Positions 14,592-27,557 are shown, numbered from the stretch's first letter. The stretch is DNA of 64,000 nucleotides from Tubiluchus corallicola (GCA_030141605.1 JAQGDQ010000109.1:248001-312000), one strand, 5' to 3'. Numbers and translations are program-made. Notes: a model not told the origin generated them from the sequence alone.

Positions 14592-16135
14592 ATGAGTACC
14601 TTGTTTGCCGCCCTAGAGGTCGTATTGCAAACGCCTGTGCACATCAACCTAATAGTGGTTGTGTGCATTACGTTGCCTTGCCTAGTGCAGCCTTCAGAGG
14701 ACACAACTCGAGGCACAAGTACGGGTCGAGTACGGGGTTTCGTACAGGAAGTGCTCGGGACCAAAGTTAACACTTATTATGGCATTCCGTTTGCCAAACC
14801 ACCAATCGGTGAACTCAGGTTTAAACTTCCTGAGGAGATATCTCCCTGGGATGGCGTTTACGAAGCACAAAAGCTTCCCAATTCGTGCCCTCAGTTTTTA
14901 GACACTTTTTACGGTGATTTTCCCGGTTCAACGGTTTGGAACGCTAACACTGATATTCGCGAAGACTGTCTCTACCTCAATGTCTGGGCGCCGCAGCCTA
15001 GACATGCCACCAAAATGGCAGTGATAGTATGGATATATGGTGGAGGTTTTACGTCGGGCACATCAACGTTAGGCCTTTATAATGCAAAAAATTTAGCGGC
15101 CTTTGCCAATGTCGTTGTGTTTTCATTGAACTATCGCGGTGGTGCATTCGGCTTTCTCTACTTAAATAATACAGAAGCGCCAGGTAACCAAGGTCTCTTC
15201 GATCAAGCCATGGCCCTAAAGTGGATTAAAACGAATGCTGAAGTTTTTGGCGGTGATCCAAACAAAATTACAATATGGGGTGAAAGCGCAGGTTCTGCCA
15301 GTGTTTCCTATCATCTGTTATCTGAAGTTAGCAGAGACTTCTTTAACTACGGAATAATGAACAGTGCTTCCTTTTACGCGCCGTGGGCGTACACCGCCCC
15401 AGAGGAAGCCAAACGAAGAGCAGAAGCAATGGCAGATGTCGCCGGATGCAGAATGGTTATACCTCGCTCTGTCAATATGAACTGCTTACGTAATGCAAGC
15501 ATGGACGCTATATTAGCTGCGGGAGCTGACACGAAGATAGTTGCTGATCTAGACTCGGTGTATTACTATTACCCATTTTCTCCAACCACAGATGGTGTCT
15601 TCCTCTCCCGTCCTCCCCAGGAACTTGCACAAAAGGGGCAGTTCAAGAAAACTAGTATTCTTTTGGGGACCGTAGAAGACGAAGGCAGTTATTTTTTGTT
15701 ATATAGTTTAACGGATTTATTCAAAAATCAAGAAAAGTTGCACATATCAGAAGAAGAATATAGAAAGGGCGTCGCTGATGCCAACAAGAAACATTCTCCG
15801 GTGATTCAGAAACTTATCGCTTACGAGTATGCATCATGGCCGTATGACACAGACAGAAACACTGAAGCGTTGATTGGAATGGTAGGTGATACAGGGTTTC
15901 AGTGCTCCGTAAACGCGTTTGCTACTCATTACGCCGATAGAGGCCAGAAGGTGTATTATTACTACTTCACCCACCGCTCGCAAAACAATCCGTGGCCCAC
16001 CTGGGCAGGAGTAATGCATGGTTACGAAGTGGATTACTTTATGGGTAGACCTCTTGATAATCAGACATACAGCCAAGCTGAAAGAAAACTCAGCAAGACC
16101 ATAATGACGTATGTCGGCAATTTTGCAAGAACAGG
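14592..16135 (+). CDS. ACHE: Acetylcholinesterase-like carboxyl/cholinesterase, coding exon 1 (join 14592-16135, 20394-20566, 21105-21286)
   Basis: The ORF has an N-terminal hydrophobic signal, GIPFAKPP, GSTVWNAN (choline-binding Trp), EDCLYLNVW, oxyanion WIYGGGF, WGESAG (catalytic Ser), DEGSYF (Glu) and GVMHGYE (His). Acceptor tttatag precedes 14554. Donor ACAGG|gtatgt at 16136 falls at the conserved FARTG/NPN intron position. Confidence 0.95.
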
Positions 16136-16307
16136 GTATGTACTACTTCTAAAAAAAATCTAGGTAACAAGTGACTGAGTGATTAAATAAGTGAGTAAAT
16201 AAGCAAATTTGTTTGCTCAAAGACTCAGAAAACCAGTGATTTTACAACTTTATTTTGCAGTAGCACAAACAAACATAGAGAAACAATCATGCAATTTTCC
16301 ATCTCAA

Positions 16308-16376
<69 letters not shown>

Positions 16377-16390
16377 ATTAGTTAGTTAAT
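16308..16390. repeat. (TTAG)n microsatellite
   Basis: Directly visible. Confidence 0.95.
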
Positions 16391-16439
16391 TTTATTGACT
16401 AAGGAATAGTTCAGTAATAGCATAACACAACAATAATAA

Positions 16440-17700
16440 TTGACATAAATGCATAAAAGGTACACAATATAAATTAAAACAATGTCAAAAAGAGATAAAA
16501 GTTAAGATTACACATACTAGTTCTATTTTTTAAGTCTAGAATTTAAATTTTGATAATACATCATGTGTTAATTCTCAAATAAATTTTAGGTCTAAATTCT
16601 ATAAAGCATCACCATCAAAAATTGTTTGACCTACGTGTTTAATACGTAAATTCTCAGTTGCTACACAATTGCTGTTTTTCAGTTTGAACAATATAACAAA
16701 TTCACGAAGTCGCAGTTCACGTGACCAACGCCCGGTTTCAACTCGCAAGTAATGTGAAATAAATCTTATGCGAGAAAAAGAAATACGCGTGTCTTCATTA
16801 ACACTGTTACTATTATAGATTGGATGCGCACTTAAATTCGGATTTAGTTCGGTTCTATTAGTAACACTTTTTGTATTATTTGATAACAGTATACGCCTTG
16901 TGATTTTCTAAAAATCGTCATAACAATGGTTAAATGTATCTAATAACCTTTTAACATAACAGTACTGGGGAGTGTTAACATCATCTACAAACAGTAGAAT
17001 GGAAGACGTCATCAGCTGCACAAAGAACTACAATACAAAAAATACCAAAACTATATTTATGGTAATGTTATTTATTATATTTCTTTGTGCAACTATTGAA
17101 ACCCAGGAAGGACGAAAGCTTCTGGTGAATAATAAAGAATCTAAAGATGTCCTATTGCTCATCAAATCAGCAATTCGTTGACGTGTGAAACTCTCTAAAG
17201 CAGATTGAAGTAAAATTCAAATCTTTCTTGCAATCTTGTTATTAAGCAGCTGCTATACGACACTGGCCGGCTCTGTGACAACATTACACATAGCTTAGAC
17301 AAGTTACCTCTTTTTTGACAATTTGCAATGTGTCACTGCTTCAGACTTGCGAGTAAGAGGCTGTCAGAACACAACTTGTATTTCTTTTCGTTATCCTTCT
17401 ATGTACCAGTAGTTGCAGCTGAATTAAGCTTTCCTGTAACAAGGATAGTACATCTGATTAGCAGACTCCTTGCCCTTTTCCACGTTGTTCTTCTTGTTTC
17501 AAACATCACTCTGCTTTCTCTTTAATCGAATTTTACACAGACTCAAATTATAGACAATAATTCTCTCCTGCAACGTCTCGTATAAATTAAGCATAAACAT
17601 AGGTGTATCACGATTCAGGATTTTGTTGTTTATATTGAGCAATTCTGGATGCAACTGCCTACTATCTGATTTCATATTGAATGTCAAAAAAGAATAAAAT
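16440..17700 (-). mobile_element. Degraded non-LTR retrotransposon (CR1/L2-like) 3' region in cholinesterase intron; boundaries approximate
   Basis: About 16799-16703 on the minus strand translates NEDTRISFSRIRFISHYLRVETGRWSRELRL, the R.R.SSH.L.IETGRW motif of LINE ORF2 C-termini. The flanking frames are broken. Confidence 0.6.
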
Positions 17701-19394
17701 CAAGTAACTTCATAAGAACCTTAACAGTTATAAAAATATTTGTTTTAGAAGAATTCTCCCTGTCCATTGTCCATACTCTGAAGTAAACGTACTGTAGTGG
17801 GCGTTTGATGATGAAGTTAATATAAATTCTTAATACAATTTGTAATTTATCTGAACAACCTCATAGTTTCCCTCATTTTATAAGCATTTTTACAAATTAA
17901 AATATACCCATCAAAGATTTCTATTTCTTGTTTTAGGCAATGTTTGATAGCTATTTTTCTGTGGCTGAACTCACGCAAGTAGCTTGATGTGTTTGCCATC
18001 TGACTTTTCGTATATAAGTCTATTAAGTGCAACGTTTTTATACCAGTTAGGCGTCTAAATTTTTATGCTAGCTTTTGGTCTTTTTCATCCTCATCTGTCG
18101 ACTGGCCTGAGCAGAATTGAATGAAGTGATGATAAAAATGTGATTTATTTAATTCCTCTGTTTATACTTTGACAGCCAGACAATTAGTTTTACGCTTCTC
18201 ATACAAGGGACACCAAGGCTTTGACACCCCTAAAAAGTGCAAATTTGGTCACCTTTATCAACGCTATTATTGCATTTAGAAATGCTGTAAACTGGTTATA
18301 TTTTTCCACCCAGCAGTATTTCTAAAATATTTGAATAGAGATGCCAAGCTGATCATAATTTGCCACTTGTGACTGTACATGTGAAGGGCAAATGTTTGGA
18401 GTGGTTGTTCGTTAAAAAACCTGTTAAGCATCTCGTGACCTCTGCATGTTAATACTATCATTACATTTCGAAACGCTGTTAAGTGGTTATATTTTCTCAA
18501 ACTGTAGGTGTGAAAACAAACATTCCTGAGTTGAAGGGATCCCGCCAGCTCCTCCCTCTGGAGTAAATTGTCGATGTTTTTTATAACAGGCAGTGACAGC
18601 ATCTAGGGACACACATTTGCTAAAGTTTGCCAGTTTCCAGCATTAAAATTTCATGTAATTAATGCGTAGCTCTGTTCGGTGTACTGCTGAACCTCCTATC
18701 CAAATTCGGCGTGATCATAGTAAGCAGAAATGTCATCATTGAAACATTCCTCTAGTGCCATCACAACTAACCTCGTCTGGTGACAGGAAACCCACATTTC
18801 CATGTCTCATATTTGGTCACACTCACTTTCACTTACTTGTTTATCTATTGTTGTCCTTTTCTTTTCATTCCCACATCATTGACCGAACGTCTTTTATACT
18901 TGCTGCTCGTATGTTTGCATTACTTGCTTTAATTTTGTTCGAATTATAAATGAGTCTATGGGTGATTTTGTCTTGAAAAATCAACAGTGATATGCCATTA
19001 CACAAGAAAACTTAGAAAAGCAAGTTTATCATTTTCTTTCTTGAAGCTCAACGCTAAAACAGTGATCAGTATGAAATCGTACTGTGCAGCTGCGTAATTG
19101 TTTTGTATTATATTGCTGTAATATGATTATACACATTTTATTTTGATTTTAAGAAATTGGCTCTCATGCAATCGTCAACAAAATGTGGTGGGCGTTATTC
19201 AGTTAATAATTTTACACTCAGAATAAAATGCTTACTACTCAGTGTTGTAAAAAGCATAATTCAGAAATCTGTATCTCATCAAGTGTTGTACTTACAGATG
19301 TTTGACAAGTTTATTCGGGTTTAATTGTGCTTTTTTCTTTAAATTACTGTTTACAAATAGGCAGAAGCTGAAAAGAGTGTGACCGTAACTGAAA

Positions 19395-19402
19395 GAGAGA
19401 GG

Positions 19403-19434
<32 letters not shown>

Positions 19435-19435
19435 A

Positions 19436-19499
<64 letters not shown>

Positions 19500-19625
19500 G
19501 TAGGTAGGTAGGTAGGTAGGTAGGTAGGTAGGTAGGTAGGTAGGTAGGTAGGTAGGTAGGTAGGTAGGTAGGTAGGGAGGGAGGGAGGGAGGGAGGGAGG
19601 GAGGGGGAGGGAGGGAGGGAGGGGG

Positions 19626-19684
<59 letters not shown>

Positions 19685-19780
19685 AGAGAGACAGACAGAC
19701 AGACAGGCAGGCAAGCAGACAAATAGAGAAAGAGAGACAGACAGACGGACAGAGAGAGAGAGAGAAAAAGAGAGAGAAGG
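19395..19780. repeat. Compound microsatellite (GATA)n-(GGTA)n-(GGGA)n-(GA)n-(GACA)n
   Basis: Directly visible in the cholinesterase intron. Confidence 0.95.
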
Positions 19781-20393
19781 CGAGCAAGTGAGAGGGGTAA
19801 AGTGGAAGAGGGTGGTAGTAGAAGAAAAGGGAAAAACAGGAGGGAGAAATTAAGTGAGAGAGTAAGAGAACGAGAGAAAGAAAACGTTATCTTATTCAAA
19901 CTCTCTCTTCACACAACTAAATTGACCCTTTGCTTATAGATCGAGTCAGCAACAGGCCTTTCCACTATTGCTGAGTAAAATGTTGTAATTTTTTTAAAAA
20001 TATAACCTTGTCGTTTCCTCTTTGCTTTTCCTGTTCCAGAAAATGTCGTTTTGAAAAATTACAACCAACTTTAGTGACTTTTGATCGAATTTCAATGGCG
20101 GGGTGGGGTGGGGGTGGGGGGTGGTGTGTCGCATTTGCTAATTTAACCTAAGAGCAAAGCATAGCAGTGCCTTATAGACCGTTTGACTATAGTCTGTAAA
20201 TGCTGCGAGCATTGAACATTCGACTTGAATGCAATTTTCACCAAGATATCAAGATATCTTCATGATGGTTACAATGAAATATTTAATCAAACACGTATGG
20301 CCTTATTTCGGTAAGTTATCTGGTGAGTTGCCATCTTTTCTCACTCAGGTCAGTCGACAAGTCCTAGCTAGTATTATTTTTTATTTTTAACAG

Positions 20394-20566
20394 CAATCCG
20401 AACAACGGGAACAAGGCAGTGAAAACAAGATGGTTGGTACATGACACGGCAACTCGATACTATTTACAATTACAGACTGGAACACTTTCTTATGGCAACG
20501 GGCCACGCATTGAAAAGTGTAACTTCTGGGACAAATTGATACCAAGCATAGAGGCCGAAATACACG
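20394..20566 (+). CDS. ACHE: Cholinesterase coding exon 2
   Basis: Acceptor ttttaacag|C is phase-compatible. It translates (G)NPNNGNKAVKTRWLVHDTATRYYLQLQTGTLSYGNGPRIEKCNFWDKLIPSIEAEIH, the canonical GNPN...W...GPR...C.FW end of the catalytic domain. Donor G|gtaatg at 20567. Confidence 0.93.
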
Positions 20567-21104
20567 GTAATGTTCAGACTTAAAATTAATGAAGCCAGCA
20601 CAGAATTTTCAATTTCAGTAATTTTGAATCATTGTTTCCTTTTATTTAGTATCTAGATAACCTATACTCAAATTTTGTTATTCGATGTTTGATTCATCAT
20701 GAACTACAACTTTTATCATATTACCTATAATTAAGTCATCTCCGGCAGTTTGATTGTATGGAAGCTTGTTAATTTGGTTTGCCTAACATTGAATAATAAA
20801 ATGACAGTTTCATTAAGTGAAATTAAACTGTTTATTATTATTATGTTTACTTCGAAGCATTGTAATCGATTAAGTTCCTATGTTTGTTCTGCATTTGTTC
20901 TCCAAAACGGTAATTATAAAAATTGGTTGTACTTGCGAATGACTAATGTACGGTAACACAGCTATAAAGCTTTTACTTTGTAGGTTTTATTCTTTTCAGA
21001 GCTAAAGTTTCTTGGATTAGTAAATTTTTTATAACTCTTCAGCTGAGCAATTATTTTCATTTGCGTTTTCTTCTCTTTTTTATTTTAACAATTTTGAAGC
21101 TTAG

Positions 21105-21286
21105 AAGCCAAACTAGCTAACAGTTCTTCTGCATATGTTTCAGACAATCCGGAGTGTGCATCAATACGCTCATCATCGCCCCATCTATCGGCTGCTTTTT
21201 CATTCATCGGTGTGCTGTGGAGGCTCCCTCTATCGATTGCTTTCTCACTCATCGCTGTAGGGTGGTCGCTACTCAAATGGCTTTGA
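21105..21286 (+). CDS. ACHE: Cholinesterase terminal exon encoding a Cys-containing spacer and hydrophobic GPI-signal-like tail
   Basis: A polypyrimidine tract is followed by ttag|AAGCC. The phase-1 join gives EAKLANSSSAYVSDNPECASIRSSSPHLSAAFSFIGVLWRLPLSIAFSLIAVGWSLLKWL*, typical of GPI-anchored (H-type) cholinesterase tails. Confidence 0.75.
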
Positions 21287-24179
21287 TCTATCGCTTCTAC
21301 TACTGAAAAGCTAACATTAGCAAAAATCATGGAAGCTACCTAACACTACCATATCCGGCTTCACGAGCTAACAAAACTTTAGCCTGAGCGTTTACACCTT
21401 TATAAAAGTGAATTAGTGTAACGGAAAATTCGCCAGTCGTGCGGCACTTTCAGTATTGTAATTTAATACTGAACGTCTACGAGTTTGCAAACGACAGTTA
21501 AGCAGATCTGTAGTAAGAACAGGTCGCCCGTATGTACGTGTAGGTAGTAACTCTGCAATTTAGTGATGTATAAGACTAAAGTCAATTATACAGGCTATCG
21601 AGTGTTGGATAATCAACTGAAGCAGCCAACTGCTAGTGAAGGAGGGCTCGTGTTACTTTTCGTTAAATACGAATGACTGCGAAAGGAAATCACACCGAGA
21701 GAAACATAAAGAATGTAAAACCTCTGCACCTCTTGCTAATGTACGGTCATTTGAGACTATATCCCAAGAATTGTGAAGAATAAGCGACACAAAATATGCA
21801 GAGAGTATAGATAATAATTATTGTGTATTTAGCATCACAGTCTTTAGGTATTATTGTGTTACTGTGTACAGTTTTCCCCAATATCCCAGTGAGATGTAAA
21901 AAAAACTGCATGTTTTCCCGAAACTCCATAAATGTAGATACAGTTTTATATCATATTGATGTTGCAAAGTTTTATATGTATGAACGCATTTTTGATTATA
22001 AATAGTCATAATTATACTTTGTGGTACTTTTTGAGTGTTTCCAAACACTGACCGTGATCGTGCATGTGCTGAACATCTGGAAGCTAAATAGGTTAAAAAG
22101 CACATAAAAACACGCCATTAAAAACATTTTGGTTGTGGTAGACACCAAAATGCTAAAAGTAGGCCTAATTTTTCGAAGCATGAGTGGCTACGTAAAGGTG
22201 CACACACAGATTTTCTCCTTGTATCTTTTACAATTTGGTACTCATCCATTCACTGAACATGTCCGGCATTGCTTCAGTTGCTGAAGACAAACACAGTATC
22301 TATTCAATACGCCCATAAGGGTGTTTAATATGTATATATACTGGAACACAAAATGTAAAGAAAACAAACGATATTTAAAGCCGTAACAGTGTTTAAAAAT
22401 AAGGCGTCTAAAATTAAATTCTTACATTTAATATGGTCTGTTATTGTGCATCTTATACATTATGTCTGGCAATATGCTATGTTATTAATTTCTCAATAAA
22501 TATAGAATGTAAAAGCTACAGTATTATGTTAAATTAAACAATATGATTATTATGACGCTAACTAGTTGGATAAAGCTAGAACGTGCTATGTGAACCGTGA
22601 AGTAATTACTGTTAAATAATTCTTCCGACCAGATGTTGTGATGTTGTTGTAAAATTTCTAAAACTGTAAGATATTTTGTAGATACTCAGCAAATTTCATT
22701 ACCGTTTTCATTGAGCATGTGAACATAACTTAGTTGGAGTCGGACATCTATGACACACGTGCGATTTCTGTCGATTTTTTCACTATACTTAGACGAGAGA
22801 AGAGCGCGCGTGTCATGCAGCGATTTTATGCATGACAATGTGAGACCTTTTTCCCATGATGTTAATGTTGTTCAATTCCAAGCGAACTATTGTGTGCATT
22901 GTGGGTTTTTTATTAGCTTTAATTAATACTTTCAGATTAGGAAGCTGGAGCAACTGTCCTAGGAAGTGACATAAAAGCTAAATTGCAAGAAGTGACGTGA
23001 ACACGCTGACTTTTGAAAACGATGTATAGGTTCCTAAACTATATAGTCGCTGTATAAAGTTGTAACTTACAAATTAATTAATGATGATTGTTATTAGTGT
23101 ACAATAGAGATTGTTAATGGTTTTATTACTTAATCTTTTATGATAACTAATTGTTACGTTTGTCAAGTTTAAAAGAAAAAATATGGACTAAACACACTAA
23201 TATATGTTAATTTAAGTTAGCCCAGTTTGAATGATGTTAGTTAACTGCGTTAGATTGTTTTACAGCTGTTAAATAGTTTACATATCACATTGACTAAGAA
23301 ATGTATTATTTTCTTTTAAGAAATCTTTCTGTAGTACTGTGTTGTGTCTGCACACAGCTGTACTGAAACAAAGTAAGTGCAAGCAATAGATAAATTAACG
23401 AAAATCGACGTTCGTTGTTGTATTGTCAAAGAAGTTTCAACTTTTTGTAACAGGTAAAATAGAAAAATGAGTTATCTATTGTCTGTTTGCCGTAAAACTT
23501 CTCGCATCATGCCTAATCATTTGCTGCGTATGTAGCATAAATTAGAAGTTTAGTGTACACAAAAAACTTGTCTTGTGTGCTAAAACGTTTGCATATGTTA
23601 AAACTTAATCGTCATTTAAACAAAAATAATGTTGAATTTTCTGTCTTATGTAAAACTGATGTTGATGATGATGAACTAATTTCACAATGTTTTATTTGAT
23701 GACCAAATTAACAGAACAATTAGTGGGAAAGGGATAAAAGGTGCCAGATTTTAAGTTGGAAATTGTTTAGTTAGAAATTTAAAATTAACATTGTTCACAT
23801 CATGGGATTTAATTGTGGTTTTTTAGTTACTGGTGATCTTTCTTGTTCATAAAATAAATAGAAGATAATTTTACTAATAATGTTATCTTCGGTTTATATT
23901 ACGGTAGACGATAGTTTGCAGGTGAGCTAAATATTAATAGATATGAAACTTTACATTAATATTTCATTGACATGTTTGCGGAGGAACGTAAGGATTCAAA
24001 ATGTGTAAGCTTAGCATAATTAGGACAAAAACATCTGAGAAGCTGCAGATCATGGCAAACTGCAGCGGTGAGTTTCTTTTATTTTTAATGCTACACAGAG
24101 TCCCTTATCAAAAATTAAGCGAATAATAAATAAACCTGTAAGATTTAATCCTGTGCACATGCAAATGACGGGATGCCTT

Positions 24180-25880
24180 CTAAAGAAGAGAGGCTACCTC
24201 TGTAGGTGGCTGAATAAATCCGCCGTAATCCCAAGCTTCAACTTTGGGAATACTTAACCAGGGAGAATTTCTTATCGTACGTCTAGCTTCTCTTTGTGTT
24301 TCATGAACATCCATGATTAGAATGCGTGGTGTGTCGATTATCGGTTTAATAGGAGGAGAAGGTGACCTCGAAACTGGAAGAGAATACTTTGGCTTACCCA
24401 GTTTAACGCCTCTAATTTCTACTAAATGTAACAAAGTTTGATCGAGGCGCTTTTTCCAATCTCCATATAATTTTGGAGGCGCAGGCGTACGTCTATCTGC
24501 TTTTCGTCCGCCTTCCATGCCTTTAACTCGAGCACTAACTTCCGTAAAACATGCTCCAATTTCTTGAATTAGTACTTTTCTCTGTGCATCAGTTACCAGA
24601 GATACTTTAATTGAATGATCAACTTCATGAACCAGTCTTTCTTCAACGGCACTAACCAGTGTGTTCAAACCATCCGCATCACCACGGATATTGCCTATGT
24701 CTTTCGCTTGTAAGCACTTTACAAGTCTGCTTTTCATTTCTTTCAGGTGCCTAAATCTGATGTACTGTTTAAATAGCCGTTGCAAGCGCATTTCAGACAA
24801 ATCGGACAGTAGCTTGAGAACAGTTTTCGACAGCTCTCGCAAGTCAAAATTTAACTTATCCTCTTCTTCCGTGAATAAATCGTTCAATTCACCAAGTCTG
24901 GTTAATTGATCCTGTAACTTTAAGCCTGTCCTATCGACAGAGGATTTTATCTTCCTCTTTACTTCTTCTTCCAATGATTTAATAACATCGTCCTTTTCGT
25001 CCAGTTGTTTCTTCAAACGTGCACTAATTTCTTTCGCACGATTAAGCTCTTCTTCTTTCTGACGCATGTTTTCCTCCATATTTGCCGGAATTTTGCTTAA
25101 TTTTTCAGTTTTCCCAGAATCTGTTCTTGACTCTTTGGCTAAGTCGGCTTGTGGAATAATTTCAGAAGGCGAGTCAGCTGTCAGACAAAGACCATACCCA
25201 TCTGAAATGTCTGGTTCAAGCTTTTCTGCTTCTAAAACCAGTTTGAAAACACATTCTATACCATGGAATATGTCCATCGCTTTTTCGCCCGCATCTCTGA
25301 AGTAGTCTAACAAATTTCTGTGCTTGTATATGAAATCCAATGCTGATACATTGTGCAGCACGTTTGCGAATTTACTATAACCAGCATTATTTAGTAAACC
25401 TTCGACTGCTTCCTTCAAGTGGTACGTTCTTTCAAATATTTGTGCAACTTGCTTGAGCAAGGAAGACATTTCTTTTCTTTGCACTTTTTCCCACTCTTTT
25501 CTTTGACTTTGGATTAAATGATTACTTTCTTCATTTTCATTTTTCAAATGCTCAATTTCTTCCTCGCGCATGTTTATCATCTTTAACATGATTTTAATAT
25601 TTCCCTCAGCTAATTCCTGACTTCTTGTCAACTGCGCTGATCCAGTGGATTTTATTCTGGCCCCACTCAGCTTTATATCTGCAATGCGATTCTGATCAAG
25701 GGTTTCAAAAGGCTGTTCTCCCTCCTTTTTTCCCTCTTTTATAGGAGAAAAAGTAACACTCTTCGCGTGTTTCCCGATTTGTTTTTCACCTTCTTGCCTT
25801 TCATCGAATTGCTCTCTTTGAAGCTTTTCGATTTTTTCCTCCAGTAGTTTTATCATTCGGTCTTTTCGTGACAACAAAAC
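24180..25880 (-). CDS. Large coiled-coil protein (FAM186-like?), exon 2 (terminal)
   Basis: Acceptor tttttcaag|GTT TTG TTG TCA is in frame with the 565-aa ORF. It contains heptad-like segments and C-terminal LFKQYIRFRHL and PRILIMDV. Confidence 0.85.
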   Translation of the reverse strand, partial: VLLSRKDRMIKLLEEKIEKLQREQFDERQEGEKQIGKHAKSVTFSPIKEGKKEGEQPFETLDQNRIADIKLSGARIKSTGSAQLTRSQELAEGNIKIMLKMINMREEEIEHLKNENEESNHLIQSQRKEWEKVQRKEMSSLLKQVAQIFERTYHLKEAVEGLLNNAGYSKFANVLHNVSALDFIYKHRNLLDYFRDAGEKAMDIFHGIECVFKLVLEAEKLEPDISDGYGLCLTADSPSEIIPQADLAKESRTDSGKTEKLSKIPANMEENMRQKEEELNRAKEISARLKKQLDEKDDVIKSLEEEVKRKIKSSVDRTGLKLQDQLTRLGELNDLFTEEEDKLNFDLRELSKTVLKLLSDLSEMRLQRLFKQYIRFRHLKEMKSRLVKCLQAKDIGNIRGDADGLNTLVSAVEERLVHEVDHSIKVSLVTDAQRKVLIQEIGACFTEVSARVKGMEGGRKADRRTPAPPKLYGDWKKRLDQTLLHLVEIRGVKLGKPKYSLPVSRSPSPPIKPIIDTPRILIMDVHETQREARRTIRNSPWLSIPKVEAWDYGGFIQPPTEVASLL

Positions 25881-27449
25881 CTTGAAAAATTATTCAAAAC
25901 AAATAAAAACATAAATGGTTTGCACACAAATCCTCAGCCTTATCCGGATTGCGATATGAATATCATATCGTATTTTTTGTGCACAATAATCATACTAATT
26001 TAAAATAGCATATGGCTATAGCAAATAACAAAGCTTTTTAGCGCATTTACACTGCAATCTGGGCACAGTGTTCATTGGCCTGACCTATTGAATCTAGATG
26101 GTTGCGAGACCAGGATCAGACTCATTACCAAGGATAATCCCTAAGATGTGGCACTGAGCAGGGAGAGGTGTTTTAGGTACATTTTTATGTGAATACTTTC
26201 TCCATAAAGCACATAAATAGCCAGAATCCTTTTGGCAAATGAAACCATGTCGAGCAAACACTGGACCCAGAAGCACGTACCATTCACTGACCAGCTAGCT
26301 CCACTGCTGCTTAACTTTAGTCACAATACAAACAACGTACCAGTCGGCTGGTACTCTCGCCTAAGTCTTCGACATTTGAAACTAACTTGCCGAAATGCCT
26401 GAAGTAGACAAAAGTGGACATCAATGTCCAGTGTGTTCTAAGAAACAGTAGAAAACGTCACGCACTGACTTTCAGACGTCGCGACTATTCAGAGTCTAAG
26501 ACACCGTCAAAGAAGATAATTACAATTCAGCGGATTTCTTTTAAGAAAAAGGTGCACAAAAATAATTATTAAATTTCATGATTTGGGCTTGGGGTTAGTC
26601 GTAACAGGGGAATAGTCGATAGCATACATCCAGCTAATAATGAACAAACACCCGACACCAACTCATATCGCTAGGCAAATTCTAGTACATTTCTTTCGGC
26701 TCATTTTAATTACATATACGTCGGTCAACAGTTTGGTTGTGAATATTACAGTTAGAGCAACTGCGCTAGTCAGTACAAATTTAAACAACCTATTACACTG
26801 AGATAATATGAGATATCGATTATGTCGAACAATTGACTGTAATTGAATTACTAACTGTATAGTAATTTTTATAGCCAACAAAAGTGAGAAATAATAAATG
26901 TCATACGACATTTTGTCGAACAACTATTGTAATTGGACACCTAGCACTGAAGATAAAACCTTTCAACCTATGATTTTTATAGTGGACAATGCATAAGAAA
27001 TCCAAAATTTTAAAGACTCCCGAAGCACCTGGACCACAGAATTAGGAGAACTCACAAATGTCCGCGATGCGCATTTCAGGTTTGTATATAACCCCCATAC
27101 GATGTTGTAGTGTTATTAACACAGGATTACTGCATGCGTATCTAGTGGTGCAGTTTTAATCGTACTTTGGTTAGACTATAGTATTTCCAGCTGCACTGCC
27201 TAGCTAATCATATTGAGGAAAAGAGGGCCGAGCACCTGATAAATAGCCCTAGTAAATAGTCTGTGTGCAGTCAAAACTCTTGTAGTCTTTCTTTGTGGAT
27301 TACCATGAGTAAACTGAGCATCTTACCATGCTAAACTACAAGGGATCGCAGAACCCCATCGGAGCGCCTCAACAATCATATCTACCTGTGGATTAAATAG
27401 CAACATTCGGAAGGAGCTTACATTTCCCCACGCCGCAATTTAAGTACAC

Positions 27450-27557
27450 TAACCCCAACCCCAATCTTAACGCTAACCCTAACCTTAACCCTAACCCAAC
27501 CCTAGATTTAAACCCAGCTCTGACCCTAACCCTAATTCTAACCCTAACCCTAAACCC
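27450..27557 (+). repeat. Degenerate interstitial (TAACCC)n telomere-like repeat
   Basis: Run of taaccc/taacct/aaaccc hexamers just upstream of the RTE-like fragment. Confidence 0.7.

Noticed and set aside
16136-16163. C-terminus YVLLLKKI* of the 523-aa cholinesterase ORF
   Set aside because: Read-through into the intron; the conserved continuation is at 20394.
19292-19899. LPTY/LSIY repeat ORFs in three frames
   Set aside because: Tetranucleotide microsatellite inside an intron.
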